A DNA stretch of 46,248 bases, taken from positions 1 through 46,248 of the forward strand of contig JWZX01002972.1 in assembly GCA_001275005.1 (NCBI GenBank). Reading direction: 5' to 3'. The DNA is from Chrysochromulina tobinii. Lineage: Eukaryota. Positions 10,671 through 20,245 of this stretch are shown here, piece after piece. A model generated the notes under the pieces. That model saw nothing but the letters and a program-made list of their open reading frames with translations, did no database searches and had not been told where the DNA came from. Position numbers and translations under genes: made by a program. Each line of letters starts with the position of its first letter. Within the stretch, counting starts at the first letter, position 1.

Positions 10671-13079
10671 ATGGAGCCCCACACTGCCACCGGCATAAGT
10701 AGCATCGCTGCCACCATTGCCAGTACCTTCTTTCCGCCTCCGCTTCCTCCATCGCCGACACTACCGCGCTCACCAGAAACCGGTGAGCCACCGACCGAGG
10801 GTCGAACGCGAGCTCCTGAGATCCGCCTGCAAAGACTCGAGCAGCGTGCGGCACGGCACATTCTATTCGAGTACAAGCTTCATCGTGCGTATCGCAAGCC
10901 GCTCAGCTTGGAGCGTGCCATGCAAATGGCTGATGCCCGCATGCCGCATGAGGACGGCAGACTGTACCGTTGCAAGCCACTCACGGAGCCGTACCGCAGC
11001 TGGCGCGACGGTGCTCCTGTCCCGGGCTTCAAGGTATATTACCAGCTCGGCGTGAGCGTTGCCCTTTACATGCGCATGGTGCGTGGCGGCCGGAATCTGT
11101 TTCTGCCGCTCTTTGGAATCTCACTTGTGCCTCTCATTTACAATATGATGGGCTCGAAGGCGACGGCCGACGCAACCATCAACTACGTTCTGCACTCGCT
11201 CGGCAACGCCGACGAGGTCTCGGTGCTCGCGCATGGGGTTCCTGACACTATCATCGTCCTTCTCGCCATGGCCGCCCTTTGCTACGGTGCCCACACGAAT
11301 CGTGCTGTTGCCGCTGAGATTTGTCCACTCCGACCCACCAATGTCAAGCACCTTTCTGCGCGCGACTACACGGTGATGATCGAGGGGCTGCCGCGCGATC
11401 CCATGCTGAGCGTCGAAAGCCTCATCAAGGGACTGCGGGAGCTCTTGGGCTCGTATGGCGAAGTGGTCTGCTGCTCGTTGGCGCGCGCCAACCGCGAGTA
11501 CCTGCAGCTCTTGCGCTCGAGGAAGGATCTGAAGACGACCCTCCTGTATCTTCAAATCGCCGCGCATCGCGCGCCCTTGAGGAGCAAAGACCTTTCTGCG
11601 CGGGCAAAGATTGAGTCCAAGCTCCAGGGCATCGATGCCAAAATTGAAGCTTATTGCAAGCGGCCCACGCATGAGCGAGCGCCATGCGCCGGCACCGGCT
11701 TTGTCACGTTCAACTATCGGGCAGATGCCCGCACGTGCTCGGTTGACCTTCTCAAGAACCCGCGTCGCGCTCTCCAGTTGCAGACAAACCACGGCAAGAC
11801 GGTGGACGTGCACGTCTTGCTCAAGGTATCGGTGCCGCCACACCCGAGCCAGGTTGTGTGGGAGAACCTGCAGTTCACATCGGGCACACGCTTCTTCCGG
11901 CGCCTGGTCGTCAACGCCATCTTGCTGCTACAGTGCGGCCTCTCAACGTACGTGATCGTCCAAGTGACCCACTTGAACGTGGCCGACACGCTCGGGGAGT
12001 ACTCTTCCAGCACGCAGCAGATGGGCACGACGGCGTGGACGACGCTCGTCATCATCCTCTCCAACCTGCTCATCTTTATGACAGCACCGGTGTACGCAGA
12101 GTTCTTCGAGCGCGACATCCGCACCGACCACCGTGAGACGATGCTCGCGATGAAGCTGACCTTCTTCCAGCTGGGCAACGCCTTCGCTGCGGCCCTGTCC
12201 TTCCTGTGGACCAAGAAGGGCGGCGCAAGCGGTGTCTTCGACCGCGCGTGGTACGAGCAAGGCGGGGCCACCACAGTGCTCTCGATGGTGCTCGCTGATA
12301 TCTTCTTCATCAACCCGTTCGTCGAGGGCATGCGCATCTTCGACGTTTTCATCGCCAAGGCGTTGCTCGCGCCGCGCGCGCTTGCGCAGCAGCAGATGAA
12401 TAGCTACTTCGCCGCCGAGAACCCGCTCTACCTTCCCTTTCGGATGCAGCTGCTCCTCAAGCAGCTGGTCTACGGCATCGCGTGGAGCTATGCCTTCCCC
12501 GTCTTCTATCTGCTTATTCTTTGCTTCCTCGCCGTGAGCGTTGTCGTCGACGAGTCCGGTCTGCTCCGCACCTTCAAGGGGCTCGTCACCTCGTCGGACA
12601 AGATGTATGACGCCGCGGTCACGCAGGTGCTTCCCGCCGCGCTCGTGCTCCACTGCCTGCTCGCCTTCTTCACGGCGGCTCACATGGAGATGGAGAACCG
12701 TTGGCTCGTCGACACCACCAACAGCACGAACAAGCAGCATACCATGCTCAACGGCCCCGAGGCGCTTGGTATCACGCTGCGCAACCCCGCCGTCGCACTC
12801 GCGTTCGCCACCGTTGTGATCTCGGTCACCTTTTCCCTTGTCTTCATCACAGTGTTCAAGTTGAGTCGGCAGCGCCTCCACAGTCAGCATAAGAACTCAT
12901 CGGAGAGCTCGATCAAGGGCGTGCACGCCTCGTTTGACGTTGAGGATATGGCCTTTCGAAACATTGATCACGCTGGCGCAAACCCGCAGCTTTACGTGCC
13001 GCCGCTTACGATGCTGCTTCTCGCAAATTGGCGCGATCGCACCGCTTCTCTGACGTACGACCAGGAGCTTCGTGTGTAA
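10671..13079 (+). CDS. OSCA/TMEM63/CSC1-like (TMC/OSCA superfamily) multipass cation channel
   Basis: DYTVMIEGLP, GTGFVTFN and PPHPSQVVWENL motifs of the PHM7-type cytosolic domain, followed by multiple hydrophobic TM segments; N-terminal GVSVALYMRMVR TM region. Confidence 0.82.
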   Translation: MEPHTATGISSIAATIASTFFPPPLPPSPTLPRSPETGEPPTEGRTRAPEIRLQRLEQRAARHILFEYKLHRAYRKPLSLERAMQMADARMPHEDGRLYRCKPLTEPYRSWRDGAPVPGFKVYYQLGVSVALYMRMVRGGRNLFLPLFGISLVPLIYNMMGSKATADATINYVLHSLGNADEVSVLAHGVPDTIIVLLAMAALCYGAHTNRAVAAEICPLRPTNVKHLSARDYTVMIEGLPRDPMLSVESLIKGLRELLGSYGEVVCCSLARANREYLQLLRSRKDLKTTLLYLQIAAHRAPLRSKDLSARAKIESKLQGIDAKIEAYCKRPTHERAPCAGTGFVTFNYRADARTCSVDLLKNPRRALQLQTNHGKTVDVHVLLKVSVPPHPSQVVWENLQFTSGTRFFRRLVVNAILLLQCGLSTYVIVQVTHLNVADTLGEYSSSTQQMGTTAWTTLVIILSNLLIFMTAPVYAEFFERDIRTDHRETMLAMKLTFFQLGNAFAAALSFLWTKKGGASGVFDRAWYEQGGATTVLSMVLADIFFINPFVEGMRIFDVFIAKALLAPRALAQQQMNSYFAAENPLYLPFRMQLLLKQLVYGIAWSYAFPVFYLLILCFLAVSVVVDESGLLRTFKGLVTSSDKMYDAAVTQVLPAALVLHCLLAFFTAAHMEMENRWLVDTTNSTNKQHTMLNGPEALGITLRNPAVALAFATVVISVTFSLVFITVFKLSRQRLHSQHKNSSESSIKGVHASFDVEDMAFRNIDHAGANPQLYVPPLTMLLLANWRDRTASLTYDQELRV

Positions 13080-13134
13080 AGTTTGGTGTGAACGGACTTC
13101 GAATTTTTGGACCTGATCGGGAATTTGAAGCGTC

Positions 13135-14997
13135 ATGACGGCCGCCCCTTCCGACCCTGCTACCCCACGCGCGGCGGGCGCTCCAGCGACCCCACGAGGT
13201 GCTGCGGGCCTGCTACCTCCACAGTCCCGTGGTAGTGAGCACCCATGCACGCGTGGTGAGCGGGCGCACCAAGGGCAGGCTCCGCATCTGCGTTCAGAGG
13301 CGGGCAACATCATCTTCGGTGGAAGCACCTGGGCCTCGGGGCAGGGGCACTCTCCCATCGTTGGCGCGTCGTCTGCGCGCGCTTCGGTTCAAGATAAACC
13401 GACGCCTATCTTCGGCAACGAGCCACCGCTGCGGCCGACCGTCGGCAACCGCGCGCATCTGAGCCGCGCGCACCGGCACACAGCGTCAACAGCAGAACAT
13501 GTTATCTTTGGGCACAAGCTTGGTGACGAATCGGAAGCGGCCGGCAAGCCCCTATACGAAAGCATGGCCAAGGAATCGTGCAAGCCGCTTACGCCACGGG
13601 CCGCGGGCATGCCAACGCCGCGGGTGCCGCCGGAGTCTCCCATTTTTGGTAAGCCGCCGCCCAACCGGCCGACCGTGGGAGATCGCGCGCACCTCTCCCG
13701 CGCGTATCGGCACACGATGTCAAGTGCCGACATGCACATCTGCGGCCCGCCTGCGCCCGTCTCGGCCCCGCCTGCTGCATCATCCGAGGAAAGCAGGACG
13801 CTGCTAGGAGCGGCCGGATCTGCGCTATGCCGCGGATCTGCGGCGGACGGCAATGTTGGAGCCTGCTGGCCCGCGAGCGCCGTCGGTCTTCCGCCGCCGC
13901 CGCCGCCGGGCTCGGCAGGTATGCCGGCTGTTCTACCCTCCGCCCCGGCCGTCTATGATCCGCTCTACCTCGCCAAGCCCTCGGGCGCCTCCGAGCAGCC
14001 AGGCACCCGTGCCCCTTGCTTTCTCGATGATGTGCTCGAGCGGGTCGGCCGTCATGCGCCTGGTGCTCCTCAGGCGCAGGTTCATCTGCTCGGCGTCAGG
14101 TATACTGATAGCCTGGCCGGTGTTGCGGTAGGGGCAACCGACCCGACGGCGGGCTATGCTGGGCTGCCGGCGCAGGGTACGGGCACGTTGTCGCAGCCGC
14201 AAGGTACAGTGCATGCAGAGATCTTCGACGATTCGGTGGCGCACCGCGGGGCGCGCCTCGTCAACGGCAGCGCGTATGAAATCTACCGCAACGCGCATGC
14301 CATCGACTCGGTCGCCGTGAATGTCTTCAACGCGCCCGCCCCCCAACCCATCGAGGGCGCGGTGCGCACTGCCGACCAGCTATGCACGCACCCTTGCTTT
14401 GCAGGCGCGGCGGGCATCGCGAGCGATACTGTTCTCGCACAGAGCCATCCGCAGCTGCCCGGCTGTAACGGCATTCCGCACCGTCGGCCGGGACAGACCG
14501 TAGGTATGCTGGGCGAGGTGCTACGCGGCGATACCCGAGCCTTGCCCGACCGCCTCGGTGCGATCTTCCCGTGGGAACTCGCCCCGCCAGCGGCTGCTGC
14601 GCCAGGAAAGCCCGCGCCGGCGGCGGACTATGCGGCCTCCAACGCGGCCCCCGCCGAGCGCGCGCGCTTTCGTGGCAAAGCCAAGGTCACCGAGGTGTCA
14701 GGATCGAACTGGCGAGAGTCGTTTCCAACTGAAGAGGGGGGCATCCTCACGCAGGCAGGATTCCCCGAAGAGGCACCCCGCCGGTGGCACGATAAGCTCT
14801 TCGAGAACCGACTCAAGGGCGTGCTTGCCTCGGATCGCGGCAGGATGCAGCCGCCGGCACGCGCGCTGAAAGGCGTGCCAGTAGGACGCCTGCGTACAGC
14901 GCAAACGTCGGCAGTGGGGTCATCTTCTGCCCGCTTACCCCGATCAGCAGACGCATCGTTGCGTGCAGCGTATGCCAGCAGCTCGCATCGCGGCTGA
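13135..14997 (+). CDS. Unknown low-complexity protein with internal 36-aa repeats ending in IFG
   Basis: 620-aa ATG-initiated ORF; PIFGNEPPLRPTVGNRAHLSRAHRHTASTAEHVIFG and PIFGKPPPNRPTVGDRAHLSRAYRHTMSSADMHICG. Confidence 0.7.
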   Translation: MTAAPSDPATPRAAGAPATPRGAAGLLPPQSRGSEHPCTRGERAHQGQAPHLRSEAGNIIFGGSTWASGQGHSPIVGASSARASVQDKPTPIFGNEPPLRPTVGNRAHLSRAHRHTASTAEHVIFGHKLGDESEAAGKPLYESMAKESCKPLTPRAAGMPTPRVPPESPIFGKPPPNRPTVGDRAHLSRAYRHTMSSADMHICGPPAPVSAPPAASSEESRTLLGAAGSALCRGSAADGNVGACWPASAVGLPPPPPPGSAGMPAVLPSAPAVYDPLYLAKPSGASEQPGTRAPCFLDDVLERVGRHAPGAPQAQVHLLGVRYTDSLAGVAVGATDPTAGYAGLPAQGTGTLSQPQGTVHAEIFDDSVAHRGARLVNGSAYEIYRNAHAIDSVAVNVFNAPAPQPIEGAVRTADQLCTHPCFAGAAGIASDTVLAQSHPQLPGCNGIPHRRPGQTVGMLGEVLRGDTRALPDRLGAIFPWELAPPAAAAPGKPAPAADYAASNAAPAERARFRGKAKVTEVSGSNWRESFPTEEGGILTQAGFPEEAPRRWHDKLFENRLKGVLASDRGRMQPPARALKGVPVGRLRTAQTSAVGSSSARLPRSADASLRAAYASSSHRG

Positions 14998-15343
14998 TAC
15001 CAGGCACCAAACAGATCACACTCTGCGCTTTGAGTCTTGACTGGACGATATCAAAGATTCAGAGAATTGCACGGGGGCCGCCCAGGCCCAGCGCCAATGC
15101 CTTCCCGCGGCTGAAGTTCAGAACGCCATCCTGAGGTTGTGATTTACCGTGTGTGACTGTGTAGCACCCCCGGAAGAGCCACAAATTGACTTGGCAGTTG
15201 GCTCTTGGGTATCGGATCATAACAGCTACAAAATGGCTGTGAAGGTGTACGCCGGTCCGGTTTCTTGGTAGTCGTTTCATAACCTGGCTGTGAACCATTG
15301 ACTGTGAATTCATAATGAAGTGCCGAAAAATTCGCGTGTGCGG

Positions 15344-18300
15344 ATGCAAGTCATCAGCTCAGACGCCCCGAACGCTTTTGAGCCGAGTGAAGAATTGCCG
15401 CCAAATTTGCTCCCACGTGAGCCCAGCGCGCTCAAAGAGCTGCGTGGGGTCCTGAGTAAGACCATGCCAAGGATCATCAATCTCTTATACGACTGGGATC
15501 CCAACTGCAACGGCAACATAACGAGAGCTGAGTTCCACCGAGCGCTGACTCATCTGAACTTCGACGCATCAGGTGCGACCATTAATGCGCTCTTTAGCCT
15601 CAGCGATTCCAATGGTGACGATGTCGTCAGCTTTCGTGAGCTTCAACAGGTCATTTACAACTCGCCACCCACCGTGCAGGATAAAATCCTCTTCGATGGA
15701 GCCGCCCTCGCCACAACCCACTCCACCGCCCCTGTCTCTACCTCCGCCGACATCTCCACCGTCTCTGCCGCCATTTCTTGCTCCACCGTTCCCTCCACCT
15801 CTCTCACCGCCACCCTCACTCCCACTGCCCTCACCACCCCTATGGCGTCTACATCCCTTACTCACTCCCTTACCACCAACCCACCCCTCCGCGCCTTCAC
15901 TGCTGTCAGCTCCATCGCCTCCGCCACTAAGCCCGCCGCCGAGCCTGCCGCATCAATCTCGAGTTCGGATGCCTCTACTCAGACACTGCTCTCGGGCGAT
16001 GAGATTGGGAACGCACTGAAGGCGGCAGAGCGCGCCATGGCGGCGGCAGAGGACGCCCGGCAGGAAGCGATTACAAAGGTAGCCGCAGCTGAGACCAAAG
16101 TAGCTGCCGCGGAGGCGGAGTTTAGGACGAAGGCAGCCGTAGCTGAAGCCAAAGTAGCAGATGTTGAGGCAGAGTTTAGGGCAAAGCTTGCTTCCGCGGA
16201 GGCGCGGCATGTGTGGCAGAAGGGCATGTCAGTTGCGCAGAGAAAAGCAGCCGACGCCGAAATAGTCGAAGCTCGTGACGAGGCAGCTCGCGCAACGGCG
16301 CGGGCGCTGAGTGTTGAGGCAGACGCGCGGCGCCTCGAGGCGGAGGCTAGGCACGAAGAAGAGGAAGCGAAGCGACAGCTGAGGCTTCAGATGGATGAGG
16401 TGCGACGGCTCAAGCTCAAGGTGGCCGAGGCCGAGGAAGCCAAAGAGCGCGAACGGGCTCAGGCTGAAGATGCCATCGCCGAGGCGGCGCGAGCTCGCCG
16501 ACTCGAAGCCGAGGCGGTGCGACAGGCTGAACAAGACGTGGAGGAGGCCAAGCGGCGCGAGCGGGAGGCCGTCGAGAAGGCCACCCGAGAGGTTCTGAGA
16601 AGTCACGAAGCGATGCAAACTGCTTTGCAGCAAGTCGAGGCTGCACAGCGCGCCGAAGCCTCTGCAAAGCGCGCCGAGGGCGCTGCCAGGGACGCTAAGG
16701 CAGACGCCGAACGGAGAGAGCGTGAGGCGCAGCTGCGAGCCGCAGACGCTGCACGTTCCGCTGCGACACAGGCAGAGATGAATGCCGAGGCTCTAGCGGA
16801 GGCGTCGGCACACACAGAAACGTTGAAGGCAGAGTGGGCACACCACCAGCGCAGCATGTTGGATTGGAAACGAGAAAAGGATGCCTTGACACGAGAGCTT
16901 GGTGACATGCGAGTGGCGCTCCACGAGAAGCGCAACGAGCTCACTGTCGCACAGGACGCCTTGTACGCACGCACTCGATCTTTGGAAAAGGCGCAGCGCG
17001 ATGCCGTGACCATGGCTCGCAAGCTCATTCACGTTGCTGAGTGGCACGCAGAGCATGGAGGCCCGTCACTCGAACAGTCCCCGCGTTCCCTCACGCTGGA
17101 TTCGACCACGTACGACTCTTCCTTTGCAAGCCCCATGATGAGTGAATCACAGCCGCAAGTGGTTGCTGCGTCCGTGCCTGCTGCTCAAACGCAACATCGG
17201 ACGTCCTCTCTGCCTCGACCTTTCACCATAGCTCAACCATCGCCTTCTTACGCCCTTTCCTCGCAGCTGACGTCATCGGCACGGCACTCGCCTTCGCACA
17301 CCAGTGGACCATCACATGCAACAGAACAGCGACCGGACTTTGTGAACATGAGAGATGAGGTGGCGTTTCCAAGGCAGCAGCCGGCCGTCAATAGGAGCCC
17401 ATCGCCATGCTTAGATGCCCTGGGCTCGATGCAGCCTGGGCATGCGAGCGTGGGAGCGCAAGCAGCACCCCCTCACCGGCAGCTGCGTGAACACGCCTCT
17501 CGTGTTGACTCTTGTTCACTACCACCACCGCCGCGGCCGCACACGAGTGAGTGCGCATCCCTTTCCGTGCAGCAGCCCGGGGAAACTTACGTGGGCGTCG
17601 ATCCTTCAACTCCGAAGCCGCTTGCTCAGTTCCTCGTCTGCTTTCAGTGCACCAGCAAAGAAGCCGCATCAAGTCAAAGGCGAGAAGAGCTCTTCTCTCG
17701 ATTTGCTTCTGGCGCTCGAGGATACCTGACACTGGCCGAAGTTTGCGCGGGCGTCCAGTCGTTGCTCGTAAGCCACCACGGCAAGGAGGGCGCCGTGGTC
17801 TATCAACGGTATTTTCGGTCCTACATCCGAGCATACACTTGCGCCAAGGAGGCTGTCCCCCCACGAGCCAATCGGCCGGCCGATGGCGACTTTGTCACGA
17901 AGTCTGAGTTTGGGTTCCTGCTCGTCTACTTGGGCGTCTATGCGACGCTCTATGAGGTTTTCGCTTATGTCATCGACGTTGGGCAGGTGAGGTGGGCAGG
18001 TGAGGTGGGCGACCAGGATCATCGTATTACAAGAAAGGAGTGGAATTCAGCCATCAACAAGGTTCGCAACGCAGGTAGCTCGTGGGCTCCATACGTTCGG
18101 CTACGTAATGCTAATACCTTCGATTTTGATATCATGGATCACAATGGTGGCGGGGTGGTCGACTTTCGCCAGTTCTGTCTGTGGGTTGAGGCTGCAGAGC
18201 AAGCTAGCTTTGATAGTGGCGCCGTTGAGCCCATCGATGCGCCGCACGCATTCCTCTCTTCGCCCTTGCCTCACATCGTCAGCGGCAGCGAGGAGCGCGC

Positions 18301-18385
18301 TAGTGACATCATCTGGCGAGCCTGCGGATATCACTTATCAGCCGGCGAGGCTACAGCAAGGCGCGGCCTGCGGCGAGCTCACTAA
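15344..18385 (+). CDS. EF-hand pair + coiled coil + flagellar calcium-binding protein (calflagin/FCaBP)-like C-terminal domain
   Basis: N-terminal EF loops DPNCNGNITRAE and DSNGDDVVSFRE; long Ala/Glu/Arg coiled coil; C-terminal RREELFSRF...LTLAEV...DFVTKSEF..LLVYL...DHNGGGVVDFRQFCLW follows the FCaBP pattern. Confidence 0.82.
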   Translation: MQVISSDAPNAFEPSEELPPNLLPREPSALKELRGVLSKTMPRIINLLYDWDPNCNGNITRAEFHRALTHLNFDASGATINALFSLSDSNGDDVVSFRELQQVIYNSPPTVQDKILFDGAALATTHSTAPVSTSADISTVSAAISCSTVPSTSLTATLTPTALTTPMASTSLTHSLTTNPPLRAFTAVSSIASATKPAAEPAASISSSDASTQTLLSGDEIGNALKAAERAMAAAEDARQEAITKVAAAETKVAAAEAEFRTKAAVAEAKVADVEAEFRAKLASAEARHVWQKGMSVAQRKAADAEIVEARDEAARATARALSVEADARRLEAEARHEEEEAKRQLRLQMDEVRRLKLKVAEAEEAKERERAQAEDAIAEAARARRLEAEAVRQAEQDVEEAKRREREAVEKATREVLRSHEAMQTALQQVEAAQRAEASAKRAEGAARDAKADAERREREAQLRAADAARSAATQAEMNAEALAEASAHTETLKAEWAHHQRSMLDWKREKDALTRELGDMRVALHEKRNELTVAQDALYARTRSLEKAQRDAVTMARKLIHVAEWHAEHGGPSLEQSPRSLTLDSTTYDSSFASPMMSESQPQVVAASVPAAQTQHRTSSLPRPFTIAQPSPSYALSSQLTSSARHSPSHTSGPSHATEQRPDFVNMRDEVAFPRQQPAVNRSPSPCLDALGSMQPGHASVGAQAAPPHRQLREHASRVDSCSLPPPPRPHTSECASLSVQQPGETYVGVDPSTPKPLAQFLVCFQCTSKEAASSQRREELFSRFASGARGYLTLAEVCAGVQSLLVSHHGKEGAVVYQRYFRSYIRAYTCAKEAVPPRANRPADGDFVTKSEFGFLLVYLGVYATLYEVFAYVIDVGQVRWAGEVGDQDHRITRKEWNSAINKVRNAGSSWAPYVRLRNANTFDFDIMDHNGGGVVDFRQFCLWVEAAEQASFDSGAVEPIDAPHAFLSSPLPHIVSGSEERASDIIWRACGYHLSAGEATARRGLRRAH

Positions 18386-18890
18386 GGTCAGCCCTACTCC
18401 AGTTTTTGGCTCTTAGTTCTTCGAGAAGTAGTTGTCGAAGTAGTTGCAAGTCTTGAGGACCGCCGAGCTACTAGGCTGCGGGCCCGCCGCTCTGGCGCCT
18501 GCGGCTGCGCGCTCTTCGTTCGTTCTGTACCCGCGGCGTGCCCGGAACACGATAACGTTCCTTGGTGAGGGTGTGCTTCGATCGAATTACGAATATATGT
18601 GGCTGAATAAAGTCATTAGCTCAATTTTTACATTACTACACCGCGGCGTGGCGTCACTGCAGCTCTCGTCCGGTCTCGGCACGGTGGGCGGTGAAAAACC
18701 CCGCCACGGTAAGCCAATATACGAAAGCAATAATCCGCACGCGCGCCGCGCGGAGCCCGGACGCGCCGGCGCGGCGAGAGTCGCTCTCTCAGGTCTCCAC
18801 CCACCTTGTGAAATTACCGGTTGCGTATCGCGGTAGACTCGAGCGCTCACACGAAGCGGTGCATGCACACGCACATGCGCAACTCGACGC

Positions 18891-20024
18891 TCATGCCGCC
18901 ATGCGTGCAGCTCGTCCACGGCCGCGGCCCCGGCTGCGGCCCCTGCGGCCCCGGCCCTTGCTCCCGACCACGCCCTCAGGCACGACCGCCCGGGAGACAT
19001 GGTGTGAGATCGCCTTGGCGCTCTGGTCAAGCTTGTCGAGATCGCAGCGGTAGTACCAACTGCAGTCGTTGGCCTTCCGGGAGAAGGAGACGTAATTGCA
19101 TCGGGCGCAGAAGTGCAGGCACCAGTCGGCGCACGTCTCGAGCGAGTGCACGTCGCCAAATCCAAAGCGGTTGTCGTCGAGCGTGATCATCCCCTTGTCT
19201 CCGAGATTGCAGTCGCCAAGGCCATCTTCGACGTCCGTCGCTTCGCAAAAGCCAGGGAGGCCCTCGTCGGGCGCAGCGCGCAATGTCGCCGGTCGGATGC
19301 GCTTCGGGTGTGGGGTTTCCGGCTGCGCGCGCGCAGCTATGCCGTTCGGGCCGGCGAGGAAGCGCGCGAGGTGGAAGACACCCCAGCGGCCCGGGCGATC
19401 GTAAAAGGGCGACTGGTAACTCGCCTCGCCGTCGAGGAAGCCGCCCTCGTCATAGAAGACACGTGAGATCACACCCTTGTATTGGCGAGTCAGCCGCGGA
19501 AGCGTCTTCATGTCCGTCTTCCAGTGCGTGTCATGCGCAACGTAGATGCTCGCATTGGTTTGCGTGCGCGCGTGGACTGCGAGCAGCAGCTTGAGCCATT
19601 TCTCGTTTTGCGCCTCTGAGTCCATCGGCCACCAGAAGTACACGTCGCACTTTGAGAGTGCCTCTGGCGTCTTCTCAGCAACATCCTCGAACGGTTTGCA
19701 CAGCACACGGAAACCGCGAGCGCGCAGCTTCTTGCAGTAGACCACGTCAAGCTCAATCGCCGTCACGCTCGCAGCGTGGTGCGACACGCACGACATAATA
19801 TCACCATTTCTTGTACCGATCTCGCAAAAGTTTCTGCCGGCCACGCGGTTGGCGAGGAAGTCGGCAACAGCGAGTGGTGAACGAATAGGGTACTTGTCGA
19901 CCGTCGTGAAGTTAGGCAGGCTCCAGCAGTGTGATGGGGGCGGGTGCCAAACAGGAACAGAAGACGGCATGAGCGCGCGCACGCTCCTAGCGAAAAACAC
20001 ACACGCTGAAGTTGTGAACGACAT
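18891..20024 (-). CDS. Class I SAM-dependent methyltransferase fused to a Cys-rich PAN/apple-like module
   Basis: Motif I-like FCEIGTRNGD and motif II VTAIELD; C-terminal GFCEATD..GDCNLGDKG...CADWCLHFCARCNYVSFSRKANDCSWYYRC; RG-rich tail. Start at ATG 20024 or 19970. Confidence 0.72.
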   Translation of the reverse strand: MSFTTSACVFFARSVRALMPSSVPVWHPPPSHCWSLPNFTTVDKYPIRSPLAVADFLANRVAGRNFCEIGTRNGDIMSCVSHHAASVTAIELDVVYCKKLRARGFRVLCKPFEDVAEKTPEALSKCDVYFWWPMDSEAQNEKWLKLLLAVHARTQTNASIYVAHDTHWKTDMKTLPRLTRQYKGVISRVFYDEGGFLDGEASYQSPFYDRPGRWGVFHLARFLAGPNGIAARAQPETPHPKRIRPATLRAAPDEGLPGFCEATDVEDGLGDCNLGDKGMITLDDNRFGFGDVHSLETCADWCLHFCARCNYVSFSRKANDCSWYYRCDLDKLDQSAKAISHHVSRAVVPEGVVGSKGRGRRGRSRGRGRGRAARMAA

Positions 20025-20245
20025 GTGAACGATAGCCGGGGGCCGTCCGCTAGATACGCATATCTCACCGGGCGCCCGGGGCCAAGAGCACAAATACAGT
20101 GGCGGTGTAACACAAGTCCTGGTTTTACACCCTGCTGTGGTCATCGGATTTGTTCGACGGGCAGGGCAGCCTGGTCGTGGCGCCAACTGGTGCTGCCGTC
20201 TGCCGAACTTCTATCCTGCTTGCCGTGTAGTCCTGCCGCTGCCAC

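Noticed and set aside
15700..15950. C/T-rich tract as an intron or insertion
   Set aside because: The frame stays open as a Ser/Thr/Pro linker and no convincing splice sites flank it.
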